Source of the DNA: Opitutales bacterium
GTDB taxonomy: Bacteria > Verrucomicrobiota > Verrucomicrobiia > Opitutales > UBA2987
Assembly: GCA_965226885.1 (NCBI GenBank)
Contig: CBDDEL010000016.1
Coordinates: 864,001-928,000, forward strand
DNA length: 64,000 nt
Direction: 5' to 3'
A program made the translations under genes and the position numbers. The notes beneath the pieces were generated by a model. That model did no database searches. It was not told where the DNA came from and saw only the letters and a program-made list of their open reading frames with translations. Shown piece by piece: positions 20,798 to 31,098 of the stretch. How positions within the stretch are numbered: position 1 is the first letter of the stretch; each line of letters begins with the position of its first letter.

Positions 20798-21646
20798 ATG
20801 AATATCGATAAGGATATGCTTCTTACCGGGGAAGTGGAGTCTCAGTTGCGAGAATCGCTTAAGAGATGTTCCCCCGAGACCATTAAAGCCGCTCTGGCTT
20901 ACCGCCAGACCAAGGACACCGAGCTTGTCCCAATCATCGTAATAGGGATCATTGAGCGGTTCCTGGAAATCGAATACAGGGAAAAAATCCGCGAAGGGCG
21001 TGACAATTCCCTCCTGGTGGAAGAACTGGGGGTGGATTCTCTCATGATGGTCGAAATCGTGATCCTCATTGAAGAGGTTCTTGTCATGTCGATAGAAAAT
21101 GAGGAGCTGCTCGAATTGAGGACTCTCGGTGATGTCAATTTATTGATACACAGGAAGATACAGAAGATACATGGGTTGCCCACCCCCCACAAGCCGCAGC
21201 CGATATCCCTCCAGGAAATCGAATCCATCGTTCCTGTGCGGCGCCCCTTCCTTTTTATGGAGGAAGCAACCGTCCATGAGGAACAGGCGACGGGCTGGTA
21301 TCGAATCCGGGGCGACGAATTTTTCTTCGAGGGCCACTTCAAAGAAGAGCCGGTTTTTCCCGCTTCCATTATGCTGGAAGCATTGGGCCAATTGGCTATG
21401 CTGCACCTGTTGAAAACCGACAACGGTTTTCTGGATGGTAAAGTTGATCCCCGAAAGATATTATTTGCTTCCTGCGACGGAGTTCGCTGCCGCCGGGTTT
21501 GTAAGCCCGGCGATGTGCTGGACCTCGACGTGCGTTTGAAACAATTACGCTATCCCCTGGCAACTTTTGAAGGCAGGATAACCACGGTTGGTGAAAAAGT
21601 CGCCTATGTCCAATCTCTCTCCCTCACATTCGATTATGAGGAATAA
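20798..21646 (+). CDS. Acyl carrier protein - FabZ-like dehydratase fusion
   Basis: ACP motif ELGVDSL followed by a hotdog domain with FFEGHF..PVFPASIMLEALGQ. Confidence 0.85.
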   Translation: MNIDKDMLLTGEVESQLRESLKRCSPETIKAALAYRQTKDTELVPIIVIGIIERFLEIEYREKIREGRDNSLLVEELGVDSLMMVEIVILIEEVLVMSIENEELLELRTLGDVNLLIHRKIQKIHGLPTPHKPQPISLQEIESIVPVRRPFLFMEEATVHEEQATGWYRIRGDEFFFEGHFKEEPVFPASIMLEALGQLAMLHLLKTDNGFLDGKVDPRKILFASCDGVRCRRVCKPGDVLDLDVRLKQLRYPLATFEGRITTVGEKVAYVQSLSLTFDYEE

Positions 21647-21720
21647 TTTTTCGCTTTCGCCATTGAGAACGAAAGGAACCGCAGGCTGGTCCTGAATTAC
21701 CAACCTGGAAATTAGCCGGT

Positions 21721-22980
21721 ATGCCGGAAGTGGTCGTTACTGGGCTGGGTTTTATCACCAGCATCGGGAATAACAAAGGCGTTGTAGCCAAAAATTTGCG
21801 CGAACTCAACCACGGGTTCGAGCGGTACGAGCCTTTTCAGAAGGAGAATATACCCGTCAAGGTAGTCGGCGCCATCAAAGAATTCGACACCAATTCTTAC
21901 GAGGGTGAAGACTGGATATACCCCTCCCAATATAAGCTGAAAAGAGAACATTTGAGGTCGCTTTCACCTCATGGACTCTATGCAAATTGTGCCGTGGCGC
22001 AGGCTGTTGAAGATGCCGGACTGGACGAAGAAGCCTTATCCAATCCCCGATTGGGGCTTTACGCCGCCTCTTCCGGATCGGCCAGTAACCTGCATTACCA
22101 CCTTGGCAAAATGGAAACGAAAGGGGTCATGCGCAGCTCCCCCATGGGCATCATTTCCTCCATCGCGGGAACATTGAACTTCAATCTGGCCTCTCGTTTT
22201 CGCATTCAGGGCGCATCCTGCGGATTCGTATCGGCCTGCGCTTCATCCGGCCACGCCCTCGGTTTCGCCTTTGAAGAAATTCAGCGGGGCAGGCAGGACG
22301 GTATGATTGTGGTGGGGGCCGAGGACGGCAACCTCGAGAGCATCCTGCCTTTTGCCGGGATGCGCGCGTTGAGTCTTTCGGACGATCCCGACACCGCCTC
22401 AAAGCCCTTCGATGTCAATCGCAATGGTTTTGTGGGAACCGGGGGGGCGGTCGCCATGCTGCTGGAAAATGCATCCGCGGCCAAAAAGAGAGGCGCCCGA
22501 ATTTATGCGGAATTTTTAGGATGGGGACAGGGCTCGGACGGACACCACACGGCTCAATCCCACCCCGAAGGCAAAGGTATGATTCTGGCCATTGAAAATG
22601 CTCTTAAAGTAACCGGCCTGGCTCCGGCCCGGATTGATTATATCAATGCCCACGCCCCCTCAACCATTACGGGAGACTTTTCTGAAATCAGAGCCATGAA
22701 AAAAGTATTCGGAAACAATTCCAACGGACCCGCCATAAGCAGCACCAAGGCGCTCACCGGCCACGGAATGTCCCTCTCCAGTATTATGGAAGCGGCCTTC
22801 TGCATGCTCTCATTCGAAGAAAGGTTCATTCCAGGCTCGGCCCATATAGAAAATCTGGATCCTGAGGCCGAAGGACTAAACATCATCCGCCAAAGCAGGG
22901 AAACTTCCCCCCAAGTAATTCTCTCCAACAGCAGCGGTTTCGGAGGCGCCAACGTCGCTTTGTTGTTCGGCGCCCTCTAG
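21721..22980 (+). CDS. Beta-ketoacyl-ACP synthase (FabB/FabF family)
   Basis: Cys-His-His triad motifs SACASS, YINAHAPST and KALTGH, plus C-terminal SGFGGAN. Confidence 0.9.
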   Translation: MPEVVVTGLGFITSIGNNKGVVAKNLRELNHGFERYEPFQKENIPVKVVGAIKEFDTNSYEGEDWIYPSQYKLKREHLRSLSPHGLYANCAVAQAVEDAGLDEEALSNPRLGLYAASSGSASNLHYHLGKMETKGVMRSSPMGIISSIAGTLNFNLASRFRIQGASCGFVSACASSGHALGFAFEEIQRGRQDGMIVVGAEDGNLESILPFAGMRALSLSDDPDTASKPFDVNRNGFVGTGGAVAMLLENASAAKKRGARIYAEFLGWGQGSDGHHTAQSHPEGKGMILAIENALKVTGLAPARIDYINAHAPSTITGDFSEIRAMKKVFGNNSNGPAISSTKALTGHGMSLSSIMEAAFCMLSFEERFIPGSAHIENLDPEAEGLNIIRQSRETSPQVILSNSSGFGGANVALLFGAL

Positions 22981-22991
22981 TTGACGGTATT

Positions 22992-24173
22992 ATGACGGTT
23001 ACGGAAAAACCGAGAATACTCGTTCTCACTTCGAGTACGGGAGGCGGGCACGATGCCAGGGCATCCGCTTTTCTCTCCTGGGTGGAAAAATTGCATGACG
23101 GCAGGGTCGAAGTAAAAATCGAACAATTGCTGGAGAATGCCTCCGTCATTACACTTCTGGGAGTGCATATCTATAACTGGATACAGAAAAATGTCCCCGC
23201 GCTTCACCACCTTTATTGGTGGGTCGTCGAGTTTTTCGGGTTTGTGAGCGAACATCTGTTTCTCTTGGGCGCTTCTTATTACAAGAGAAAACTGCAGCAA
23301 TTTCGGCCTCACCTCATTCTCAGCCTGCACGATTCGACCAACCGGGGATACTTCCGGGTGGCCAAGCGGGTCCCCGCCATCAAAGGCGTCTTCTGCGTTA
23401 CCTATTGCGGAGAGTATTCCGGCGGCTATGGGTTCAGCCGCAATTGGGTGACTCCACAGGCGGACCTTTTTATCGCCCGCACCAAGGAGACTCTTGAATA
23501 TGCGGAAAAATTTGGCATCAACGATGGCATTTCCAAAATATTCACTAATTTCCTAAGTCCGGACACCATTGCAGCGACAATGTCTCCCGAGGAACGCCAC
23601 AACTACAGGGAGAACCAATTGGGGCTCTCCGCGGAAAAATTTACACTCCTTTTGGGCACCGGCAAGGCAGGGTTCAACCACCACCTTCGGTTTTTAAATA
23701 TTTTGGCAAAATACCCGCAAAAATCTCAGGCTATCGCGGTTTGCGGCAGCAACCGATCCGCCCATCAAGAACTGATTTCCTGGCAAAAAGAACATCCCGG
23801 TTATGCCCTTCATCTGGAGGGTTATAGTGGAAATTTCCCTCAATTAATTCAATCTTGCGACGCCATGATTACACGCGGCGGCGCAAATACCGCCACCGAG
23901 GCTCTATTTTTCGGTTGTCCATTGATATTCGATACGATGAGAGTTTTAATGCCCCAAGAACGTTTAACCTTGAACTATTTTTCCACCCATGGCGCCGCTG
24001 CCGTCGTGCGATCGACAGAAGATTTTCATAACCTTCTCAAAAACTGGATGGAATTTTCAGATGATTACCAAACCGTAAAAAATCGGATGGCCGGCCTGCG
24101 GTCATCGGACAATCCAGCAGCCTTCGTCCAGGAAATCGTCGATATGGCCATACAAAGAGCCTCAACCCCTTGA
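22992..24173 (+). CDS. Glycosyltransferase, MGDG-synthase/UgtP-like (GT28)
   Basis: N-terminal STGGGH motif and C-terminal DAMITRGGANTATEAL. Confidence 0.8.
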   Translation: MTVTEKPRILVLTSSTGGGHDARASAFLSWVEKLHDGRVEVKIEQLLENASVITLLGVHIYNWIQKNVPALHHLYWWVVEFFGFVSEHLFLLGASYYKRKLQQFRPHLILSLHDSTNRGYFRVAKRVPAIKGVFCVTYCGEYSGGYGFSRNWVTPQADLFIARTKETLEYAEKFGINDGISKIFTNFLSPDTIAATMSPEERHNYRENQLGLSAEKFTLLLGTGKAGFNHHLRFLNILAKYPQKSQAIAVCGSNRSAHQELISWQKEHPGYALHLEGYSGNFPQLIQSCDAMITRGGANTATEALFFGCPLIFDTMRVLMPQERLTLNYFSTHGAAAVVRSTEDFHNLLKNWMEFSDDYQTVKNRMAGLRSSDNPAAFVQEIVDMAIQRASTP

Positions 24174-25384
24174 ATCCGATGGCTTCAACCGGAAAAATTG
24201 CCTGGCTTTTTACAACTTTTCCCACGGCCACCGAAACATTTTTGCAAAGAGAGGTCCGCGCCTGCAAGAAACTGGGACTGCCCATGGAACTGTATTCCCT
24301 GTGGGGAGGGGGTGAAAACTTTGAGGGACTGCCCATCCGCAAATTCCCCAAATGGCGACTTTTGGCCCTCCTCTGGCGCCTGCCGTTTTTATTGTTAACC
24401 CGCCCCAAGGCATTGGCCAAATCTTTGGGCCCCTATCTGCAACGACCGCCGCCTTCCATTATAAACTTTTGTGAAAACCTGATCGGCCTCTCCTTCGCAA
24501 TCCTCTACGCGGAACATTTCAAAGTCAGCCGCCCGCTGCTGTTCCATGCCGTTTGGGCCACCATGCCGACAACCGCGGCCAGGCTTTTGCAGGCCCTAAC
24601 GGGTATCCCCTACTCCATGGGCGCCCACGCCTACGATGTGTTTGAAAATGGCGGCGACTGGATCCTGAAGGAAAAACTCCGGGAGGCTCAATTCATCCAC
24701 ACCACTACCGAAGCGACCAGGAAAACCTTGCTCTCGTATGGGGCGGAACCCGCCAAAATTCACCTTATCCGCAGGGGTCTGCTACCCCTGCCCTCTTTGC
24801 AGCCATTGCGCAAATCTAGAACAAAAGTGCGATTGGTCAGCATTGGCCGTCTCATCGAAAAAAAGGGCTGGGCCGGCCAGTTGGATATTTACGCCGCATT
24901 GGCTGCCAGCGGAGTTGACTTCGAAGCCTGCCTGATAGGAAAAGGCCCGCTCCGCAGCCAGCTAATGCGCAAGCGGAATCGGCTCAAGCTATCCCACCGG
25001 GTGCGTTTCCTGGGAGGTTTAAGCGAAAAACAAACCATGCATGAGCTATCTCGTGCCGACATTTTTCTCTTCACCGGAATTGTTGCGCCAAACGGAGACA
25101 GAGATGGTTTACCCAACGTAATTCCCGAAGCCATGGCGACCGGTCTTTGCGTCCTGACAACATCCGTGGGCGGCACTTTGGAAGCTATTGAAAATGGCAA
25201 AACCGGCCTCGTCCTACCGCCGGATTCACCCGAAAAATGGGTGGCCGCCATTCAAAAAATCCAGCGCAACGACGATTTCAGTGAAAACCTCAGAAAAGAG
25301 GCCAGGGAATGGGTCGAAGAAAATTTCGATGCCTTTCTGAACAGTCAAAAACTAATACAAGCATTTGCCTCCGTGAAATCCTGA
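24170..25384 (+). CDS. Glycosyltransferase family 4 (WcaL-like)
   Basis: Motifs AHAYD, GRLIEKKG and DRDGLPNVIPEAMA. Confidence 0.88.
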   Translation: MNPMASTGKIAWLFTTFPTATETFLQREVRACKKLGLPMELYSLWGGGENFEGLPIRKFPKWRLLALLWRLPFLLLTRPKALAKSLGPYLQRPPPSIINFCENLIGLSFAILYAEHFKVSRPLLFHAVWATMPTTAARLLQALTGIPYSMGAHAYDVFENGGDWILKEKLREAQFIHTTTEATRKTLLSYGAEPAKIHLIRRGLLPLPSLQPLRKSRTKVRLVSIGRLIEKKGWAGQLDIYAALAASGVDFEACLIGKGPLRSQLMRKRNRLKLSHRVRFLGGLSEKQTMHELSRADIFLFTGIVAPNGDRDGLPNVIPEAMATGLCVLTTSVGGTLEAIENGKTGLVLPPDSPEKWVAAIQKIQRNDDFSENLRKEAREWVEENFDAFLNSQKLIQAFASVKS

Positions 25385-25402
25385 AAATCTTTACTGCCTA
25401 AG

Positions 25403-25666
25403 TTAGAACAAATCGCTATGGCTACCGGTTCGTTCTAGAAGAAGCTGCTCATTCGATATTCTATATATCAGAATCCAATCCGGTTCGATATGGCAATCCC
25501 TTCGTCCCTTCCAATTTCCTCTCAGTGGATGATCTTTGTAGCGAGCTGGCAAATGGTTTCTCGACAACAAAATTTTAACTACTTTTATAATCTTGGAATA
25601 ATCTTTTCCTTTTCTAATTTGCGTTCTGATATCTTTTCTAAATTGAGAAGTTTGTGAAAGCTTCAT
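25403..25666 (-). CDS. yafQ: YafQ-family type II toxin (mRNA interferase)
   Basis: Motif KDHPLRGNWKGRRDCHIEPDWILIY...RTGSHSDLF. Confidence 0.93.
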   Translation of the reverse strand: MKLSQTSQFRKDIRTQIRKGKDYSKIIKVVKILLSRNHLPARYKDHPLRGNWKGRRDCHIEPDWILIYRISNEQLLLERTGSHSDLF

Positions 25667-25926
25667 TCTTTATTCCAGCTTGCCGCCATTTCATCAATTG
25701 AATCGAAAGTTTCAATTTCTTCACCCCGGTCACTCTTTTCCAACGTTTCTATTGTGAGTTGATTAGGAATTCTCAGCTCAACCGGAAATTCTTTTCTTAA
25801 AGCAATTTGTCTGTATAACAGGCGGACCGCTTCAGTGGGAGTCATCCCGATTTGTTGCAGGACCTTTTCAGAAGCTTCTTTGGTTTTTTTATCAATTCTG
25901 GCGTGGACTGTGGCAGTTTGTTTCAT
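25663..25926 (-). CDS. dinJ: RelB/DinJ-family antitoxin
   Basis: RHH-like VHARID...IGMTPTEAVRL and PNQLTIETL. Overlaps the toxin start. Confidence 0.9.
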   Translation of the reverse strand: MKQTATVHARIDKKTKEASEKVLQQIGMTPTEAVRLLYRQIALRKEFPVELRIPNQLTIETLEKSDRGEEIETFDSIDEMAASWNKE

Positions 25927-25933
25927 GACTATT

Positions 25934-25961
25934 AATGTAGCACGTTTGCAACATTCGTCAA
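25934..25961 (-). promoter_or_regulatory. TA operon promoter with palindromic operator
   Basis: Minus strand TTGACG-16 nt-TACATT, overlapped by the palindrome AATGTAGCA-CGTT-TGCAACATT. Confidence 0.65.
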
Positions 25962-26105
25962 TTTTATTTTTTTAGGCGCTATTCGTTTTTTGCGCGCTTT
26001 TCTACCTGATTTTTCCTTGTGCCTGATTGGGGACGAGCATTACAGTTTCCAGACCATGGCTTATCTTCTGCCCGATCTGTGATATTGACCCGCCTAAACT
26101 CATTG

Positions 26106-27518
26106 ATGCGTTTAAAACTGCAACCACACCGGGTAATTTGGAGCCTCTTTTTGGGCATAACGCCGGTTGCGGCGGAAAAACCTGAAAAACCAAACATCGT
26201 CTTTATCATGGCGGACGACCTTGGTTACGGGCATCTCGGGTGTTATGGGCAAACAAAGATTCGTACTCCCCATATTGACCGTTTGGCGGCGCAGGGAGTT
26301 CGCTTTACCGATGTCTATGCCGGAGCTCCCGTTTGTGCGCCTTCACGGAGCGTATTGATGACGGGTCTGCATGGCGGGCACACCCCGGTGCGCGGAAACA
26401 GCGGCGGGATTCCTCTGCATCCGGGAGATATCACGATTGCTGAACTATTGAAGGAGGCCGGCTACTCCACCGGGTTGTTTGGTAAGTGGGGGCTGGGGGA
26501 ATTCGGAACCGATGGAGTTCCCTGGAAGCAGGGATTCGATGAGTTTTTCGGATACCTCCACCAGTATCATGCGCACTTCTACTATCCAGAATACCTTTGG
26601 CACAATGATCGCCGTTACCCTTTGCCGGGTAATTTGGACGGCCAGAGAGGGCAATATACCCACGATGAAATTGTTGCCAAGGCGATGGGCTTTATTCGAG
26701 ACCATCAGGAGGAACCATTCTTCCTCTATCTGCCTTTTGCCGTGCCTCACTATGAATTGTTGGTTCCGGAGGGTTCCCTCAAGGAATATGCCGGCAAATT
26801 CCCGGAAACGCCTTACGAAGGCCGGGGCAGGCCGACGGGTTATCCGAGCGATTATGCCAAACAACCTATGCCTAAAGCGGCCACGGCGGCCATCATCTCT
26901 CACATGGACAGAAGTGTTGGTAAAATCATGGATCTGTTGGGCGAATTGAATCTCGATGAAGAGACAATCGTAATCTTCACAAGTGACAACGGCCCCGTGG
27001 AAGGAGCCGCCGATCCTGATTTTTTTGAAGCCAGCGGTCCGCTTCGGGGTTATAAACGCACTCTCTACGAAGGAGGCCTGAGAGTTCCCGCGATCATTCG
27101 TTGGACGGGCAAAATCCAGGCTGGAACAGTCAACCGCACTCCCTGGCATTTTGCCGATGTTTTGCCGACTTTAACCGAAATAGCCGGTAGAACCACTCCT
27201 GAAAACATCGATGGCAAATCTATGTTACCGCTCTTGCTCGGATCGGAAAATCCGGTTCAAGTGGAGGATCGAGTTTTCTATTGGGAATTTAGAGGCGCCG
27301 CTGCCATCCGATATGGAAAGTGGAAGGCGATTCGTCCCATACAACCCGATGCCCCGGTCGAATTATATGACCTTTCTACCGATATCTCTGAAAACAATAA
27401 TGTGGCGGATGATTATCCTGATATTATTGCAAAGCTTATCCCGATTCTGGAATCGGCCCACCTCGACCCGCGTCCCCAAATCGAGCCGGAACCGCCAGCC
27501 GATAAACGCTTCAGGTGA
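26106..27518 (+). CDS. Arylsulfatase (formylglycine-dependent S1 sulfatase)
   Basis: Motifs PNIVFIMADDLG, CAPSR, GKWGLG and TSDNG, plus a signal peptide. Confidence 0.93.
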   Translation: MRLKLQPHRVIWSLFLGITPVAAEKPEKPNIVFIMADDLGYGHLGCYGQTKIRTPHIDRLAAQGVRFTDVYAGAPVCAPSRSVLMTGLHGGHTPVRGNSGGIPLHPGDITIAELLKEAGYSTGLFGKWGLGEFGTDGVPWKQGFDEFFGYLHQYHAHFYYPEYLWHNDRRYPLPGNLDGQRGQYTHDEIVAKAMGFIRDHQEEPFFLYLPFAVPHYELLVPEGSLKEYAGKFPETPYEGRGRPTGYPSDYAKQPMPKAATAAIISHMDRSVGKIMDLLGELNLDEETIVIFTSDNGPVEGAADPDFFEASGPLRGYKRTLYEGGLRVPAIIRWTGKIQAGTVNRTPWHFADVLPTLTEIAGRTTPENIDGKSMLPLLLGSENPVQVEDRVFYWEFRGAAAIRYGKWKAIRPIQPDAPVELYDLSTDISENNNVADDYPDIIAKLIPILESAHLDPRPQIEPEPPADKRFR

Positions 27519-27540
27519 TAAGATGTGCCTGCCTTTTTGA

Positions 27541-29163
27541 TCACTCTACTATTTCCAGACTGATGTATTTATAGGGATGCCAGTCGAGGAGGTTGGGATG
27601 CCAGTTTTTTACTTCGGGGCGGATGAGGTAGGCGTTGACGTAGAAGTAGAGGGGGATGATGGGGGATTCCTGGAGGAGGAGCGCTTCGGCACCGGCAAAT
27701 AATTGCAGGCGTTCGGATGGGTGGCCGTGGCCGGTTTGGGCTGCCTGTTTAATTAAATTGTCGTAAAGGGAGTTTTTCCAGCGGCTGTGGTTATTGCCGG
27801 AACCGCTGGTCCAGATTTCGAGAAAGGTATTGGGATCGTTGTAGTCGCCCACCCAACTGGAGCGGGCGATGTGAAAATCCCCGTTGTTGCGCGAGTCGAG
27901 GTAAACCTTGTATTCCTGGTTGCGCAATTCGACCCGGATGCCGAGGGCGGTCTTCCACATTTGCTGGATCGCTTCGGCCATGGCTTTGTTGTTTTCCGAA
28001 GAGTTGAATAATAGCTCTAAATGGGGAAATCCTTTTCCCTGCAGAAAACCGGCTTCGGCCAGTAAACGACGAGCCTCTACGGCATTTTCCACAATCCGGT
28101 CTGCAGGGGCCGGGGCGTATCCGCCCGTTCCGGCGGGAGTAAAATGATACGCCGCCAATTGCCCTCCGGCCTTGACATGTTCAACCAGGCTGCGGCGATC
28201 GAGGGCCAGGCTGAGCGCCCGCCGCACCCGGACATCGTCCAGCGGCGCGATTTCCGTATTGAGCAGGTAATATTCCGTGCCCAGATACGGATCGAGACGA
28301 AGGAAGGGAGAATTCTCCCGCCTATAATGGCCCAGTTTGGTCGATGGCACGGTCTCGGTGACATGCAATTGACCCACCTTGAAAGCCAATTCCTCGGTAT
28401 TGAGGTTCTCGATGGGGTAAAACCGGATTTCCTCCAATCGAACCGTGGCCGCGTCCCAATAAAAAGGATTCCTTTCCACCCCGACCACTTCATTAACCCT
28501 CCATTCCTTGAGACGAAAGGGCCCGTTTCCCACATGGGATCTAGCCTGCGTCCAGCCTGTGGCGCGTTCATCGGCGGCGCCGTGGCTGAGCAATGTTTTT
28601 TTGTGCACTGGATACCAGGCCGGATGCATGAGCAGGGAAAGGAAGTAGGGCGTCGGTTCCACCAATGTAAGCTCAAGGATAGCGTCGCTAACGGCAACCG
28701 CGCCCACCTGCGAAAAATCTTCGATTGCGTCGGCATGAAACGCTTCGGCATTTTCCAGGACAAAAAGCAACCCGGCGTTGGCCGCGCCCAGTGCCGGGCT
28801 GAGCATCCTTTTAAAAGAAAAAATAAAGTCACGGGCCGTGAGAGAGTCGCCGTTGGACCACCGCGCTTCTTTTCGCAGGTAAAAGGTGTAAATCCGTCCA
28901 TTGTCCGAAATTTCCCACTTTTCGGCCACACCGGGAACCGGGCTGAGATCCTCGGGATGCGGGCTGACCAAACCCTCGAACAAGGCCATGTGGATATTGA
29001 TTTCGGAAACGCCGGTGGTCGTTTGAGGGTCGAGATCGGCCGGTTCGACCTGATTGCCCAGGTGCAGGATTTGATGGCTATTGCCGTGCTCGACCGGTGT
29101 TTCCCTTTTGGCGCAACCTGCCAACAGAACTGCCAGCAAGACTGCCCTCAGCGCAATTTTCAT
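27541..29163 (-). CDS. Oligopeptide ABC transporter substrate-binding lipoprotein (OppA-like)
   Basis: Lipobox LAGC plus LFEGLV, ARWSNGD, GNGPFRL and WVGDYNDP. Confidence 0.9.
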   Translation of the reverse strand: MKIALRAVLLAVLLAGCAKRETPVEHGNSHQILHLGNQVEPADLDPQTTTGVSEINIHMALFEGLVSPHPEDLSPVPGVAEKWEISDNGRIYTFYLRKEARWSNGDSLTARDFIFSFKRMLSPALGAANAGLLFVLENAEAFHADAIEDFSQVGAVAVSDAILELTLVEPTPYFLSLLMHPAWYPVHKKTLLSHGAADERATGWTQARSHVGNGPFRLKEWRVNEVVGVERNPFYWDAATVRLEEIRFYPIENLNTEELAFKVGQLHVTETVPSTKLGHYRRENSPFLRLDPYLGTEYYLLNTEIAPLDDVRVRRALSLALDRRSLVEHVKAGGQLAAYHFTPAGTGGYAPAPADRIVENAVEARRLLAEAGFLQGKGFPHLELLFNSSENNKAMAEAIQQMWKTALGIRVELRNQEYKVYLDSRNNGDFHIARSSWVGDYNDPNTFLEIWTSGSGNNHSRWKNSLYDNLIKQAAQTGHGHPSERLQLFAGAEALLLQESPIIPLYFYVNAYLIRPEVKNWHPNLLDWHPYKYISLEIVE

Positions 29164-31031
29164 TTCTTACCTGCGACCCATTCGCGGATTATCTCATTGA
29201 GCACGTCGAGGGGCATCAGGCCATGCCCCAACACCTGGTCGTGAAACTCCCGCACGTCAAATCCGCTGCCCAGCTCAACGGTGGCGTAACGGCGCAGTTC
29301 CTTGATCTTGAGTTCGCCCGTTTTGTAGGCCAATGCCTGCCCGGGCCAGGAAATGTAGCGGTCCACCTCGACCGTAATATTCTTTTCCGTCAGGCCGGAG
29401 TTTTCCTTGAAAAAATCAATGGCGGCCTGCCGGCTCCAGCCGAGGGCATGCATACCGGTATCGACCACCAGCCGGATGGCCCGCCACATTTCGTAGGAGA
29501 GCTGCCCGAACTTGGAATAGGGGTCCTGGTAAAATCCCATTTCCTCCCCCAGAGATTCCGAATACAGGCCCCAACCCTCTCCGTAAGCGGTGATCCAGAG
29601 GTTTTTGCGAAATTCGGGCAAACCTTCCAGTTCCTGCGCAATTGCGATTTGCAGGTGGTGGCCGGGCACCGCTTCATGCAGGGAGAGCGATTCCATCTCG
29701 AATTTCGGTCGCGATTTCAAATCGTAGGTATTGGCGAAAAAATTACCGGGACGCCCCGCCAGTAGCGAACCGGGGCGATAATAGGCTGTGGTCTGCGATT
29801 TCGCCATATATTCGGGCACTTCCACCACCCCGTAGGGCAGGCGCGGAAGGGCCCCGAAGATTTTGATTAATTCGGGATCGGCCCTCTTGCAAATGGCCCT
29901 ATAAGCCGTCATAAGGTCCTCGGCCTCATCAAAGTAAAACTGCGGATCAGTGCGCAGAAAGGCCAGAAATTCTTCGCGCGTGCCCTCGAAGCCGGTCTTT
30001 TCGATGACTTTCTCCATTTTCCCCCGGATGCGTTTAACTTCGCTCAATCCAATCCGGTGAACCTCCTCCGGCGAGCGATTGCTGGTGGTGTGTTTTTTAA
30101 CCGCAAAGGCGTACCATTCCCGTCCGTTGGGCAGGGCACTCCAGCCGATCGCTTCCCGGCACAGAGGCATATAAGTGTTTTCCAAATAATCGCCGAAAGC
30201 CAGAAAGGCTGGATTGACGGTTTCGAGAATAACCGTTCGGGCCTCTAGCAGGAGCTTTTCGCGAATTTGCGGATCGATGGATTCGGGCAAGTCCTTAAAC
30301 GGCAGCCAAAGCGGATTTTTTTCCAGGTCGAAGGCCGCGGTAGCCCGGATTTCTTCCGGAAAATTAACCAAAGTGATTCTGGCCGGGGTAACTCCCAGGG
30401 CCGAATAATGCTCCATCACCGATTGCGCTTCACCGAGCAATTGCGGGACTCCTTTGAGGCGGGCTATGATGTTGGCAAAATCCTCCTCCTGGCGCGCCGG
30501 CATTATGGCGAAGGTGTTGGGAATAGTCTGGGTAACGCTCTGCATGTAATTGACCGGCATGGAAGCGAATTCGGGCGGAAAGCGATAGCCTTCAATCGAT
30601 TGCTGCAGGAGGTAGGCAAAAAGTTTGTAGTTCAGCCGGTCGGCCGTGGGCAGAGAGCCGGGCTCGATGGCATCGAGTATCTCCTTTTGCCGATAGGTGG
30701 CGTCACGTTGACGTTCCTCCGCCTCCAGGCTCAATTCGTGCCAGCGGTCGTTGTAGCCGGAGCGCCCCAGTTGGGTCGCGAAGACCGGGCTTTCAAACAA
30801 ACCATGTTCCCAGGAAACCTCGAAAAGACGGTGCAGCCGTTCCGAGGGGGAGAGTTCGTCCCGATTTTTCAGGAGTCGCTCGTAATCACGGGCAAACGTT
30901 TGGGAACTGGTTTCCGCAAAAAGCGGAATTGAAAAAAACAATATAAGAGCGGAGATACAAAAAAGAGGATATTTCACGAAAAAGAGGAATTGAGATTTTT
31001 CGTCCGCAAGTTGAGGAAAACCGCCAGGCAT
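29160..31031 (-). CDS. DUF885-family protein (putative metallopeptidase)
   Basis: Motifs HEAVPGHHLQ, EGWGLYSE, RLVVDTGMH and PGQALAYK. Confidence 0.9.
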   Translation of the reverse strand: MPGGFPQLADEKSQFLFFVKYPLFCISALILFFSIPLFAETSSQTFARDYERLLKNRDELSPSERLHRLFEVSWEHGLFESPVFATQLGRSGYNDRWHELSLEAEERQRDATYRQKEILDAIEPGSLPTADRLNYKLFAYLLQQSIEGYRFPPEFASMPVNYMQSVTQTIPNTFAIMPARQEEDFANIIARLKGVPQLLGEAQSVMEHYSALGVTPARITLVNFPEEIRATAAFDLEKNPLWLPFKDLPESIDPQIREKLLLEARTVILETVNPAFLAFGDYLENTYMPLCREAIGWSALPNGREWYAFAVKKHTTSNRSPEEVHRIGLSEVKRIRGKMEKVIEKTGFEGTREEFLAFLRTDPQFYFDEAEDLMTAYRAICKRADPELIKIFGALPRLPYGVVEVPEYMAKSQTTAYYRPGSLLAGRPGNFFANTYDLKSRPKFEMESLSLHEAVPGHHLQIAIAQELEGLPEFRKNLWITAYGEGWGLYSESLGEEMGFYQDPYSKFGQLSYEMWRAIRLVVDTGMHALGWSRQAAIDFFKENSGLTEKNITVEVDRYISWPGQALAYKTGELKIKELRRYATVELGSGFDVREFHDQVLGHGLMPLDVLNEIIREWVAGKK

Positions 31032-31098
31032 GGCAAGGATTTCCCAGAATTGAGCGACCTGCGCGGAGGGATTCTCCAGCCTTCTGTTGACCGATTAT

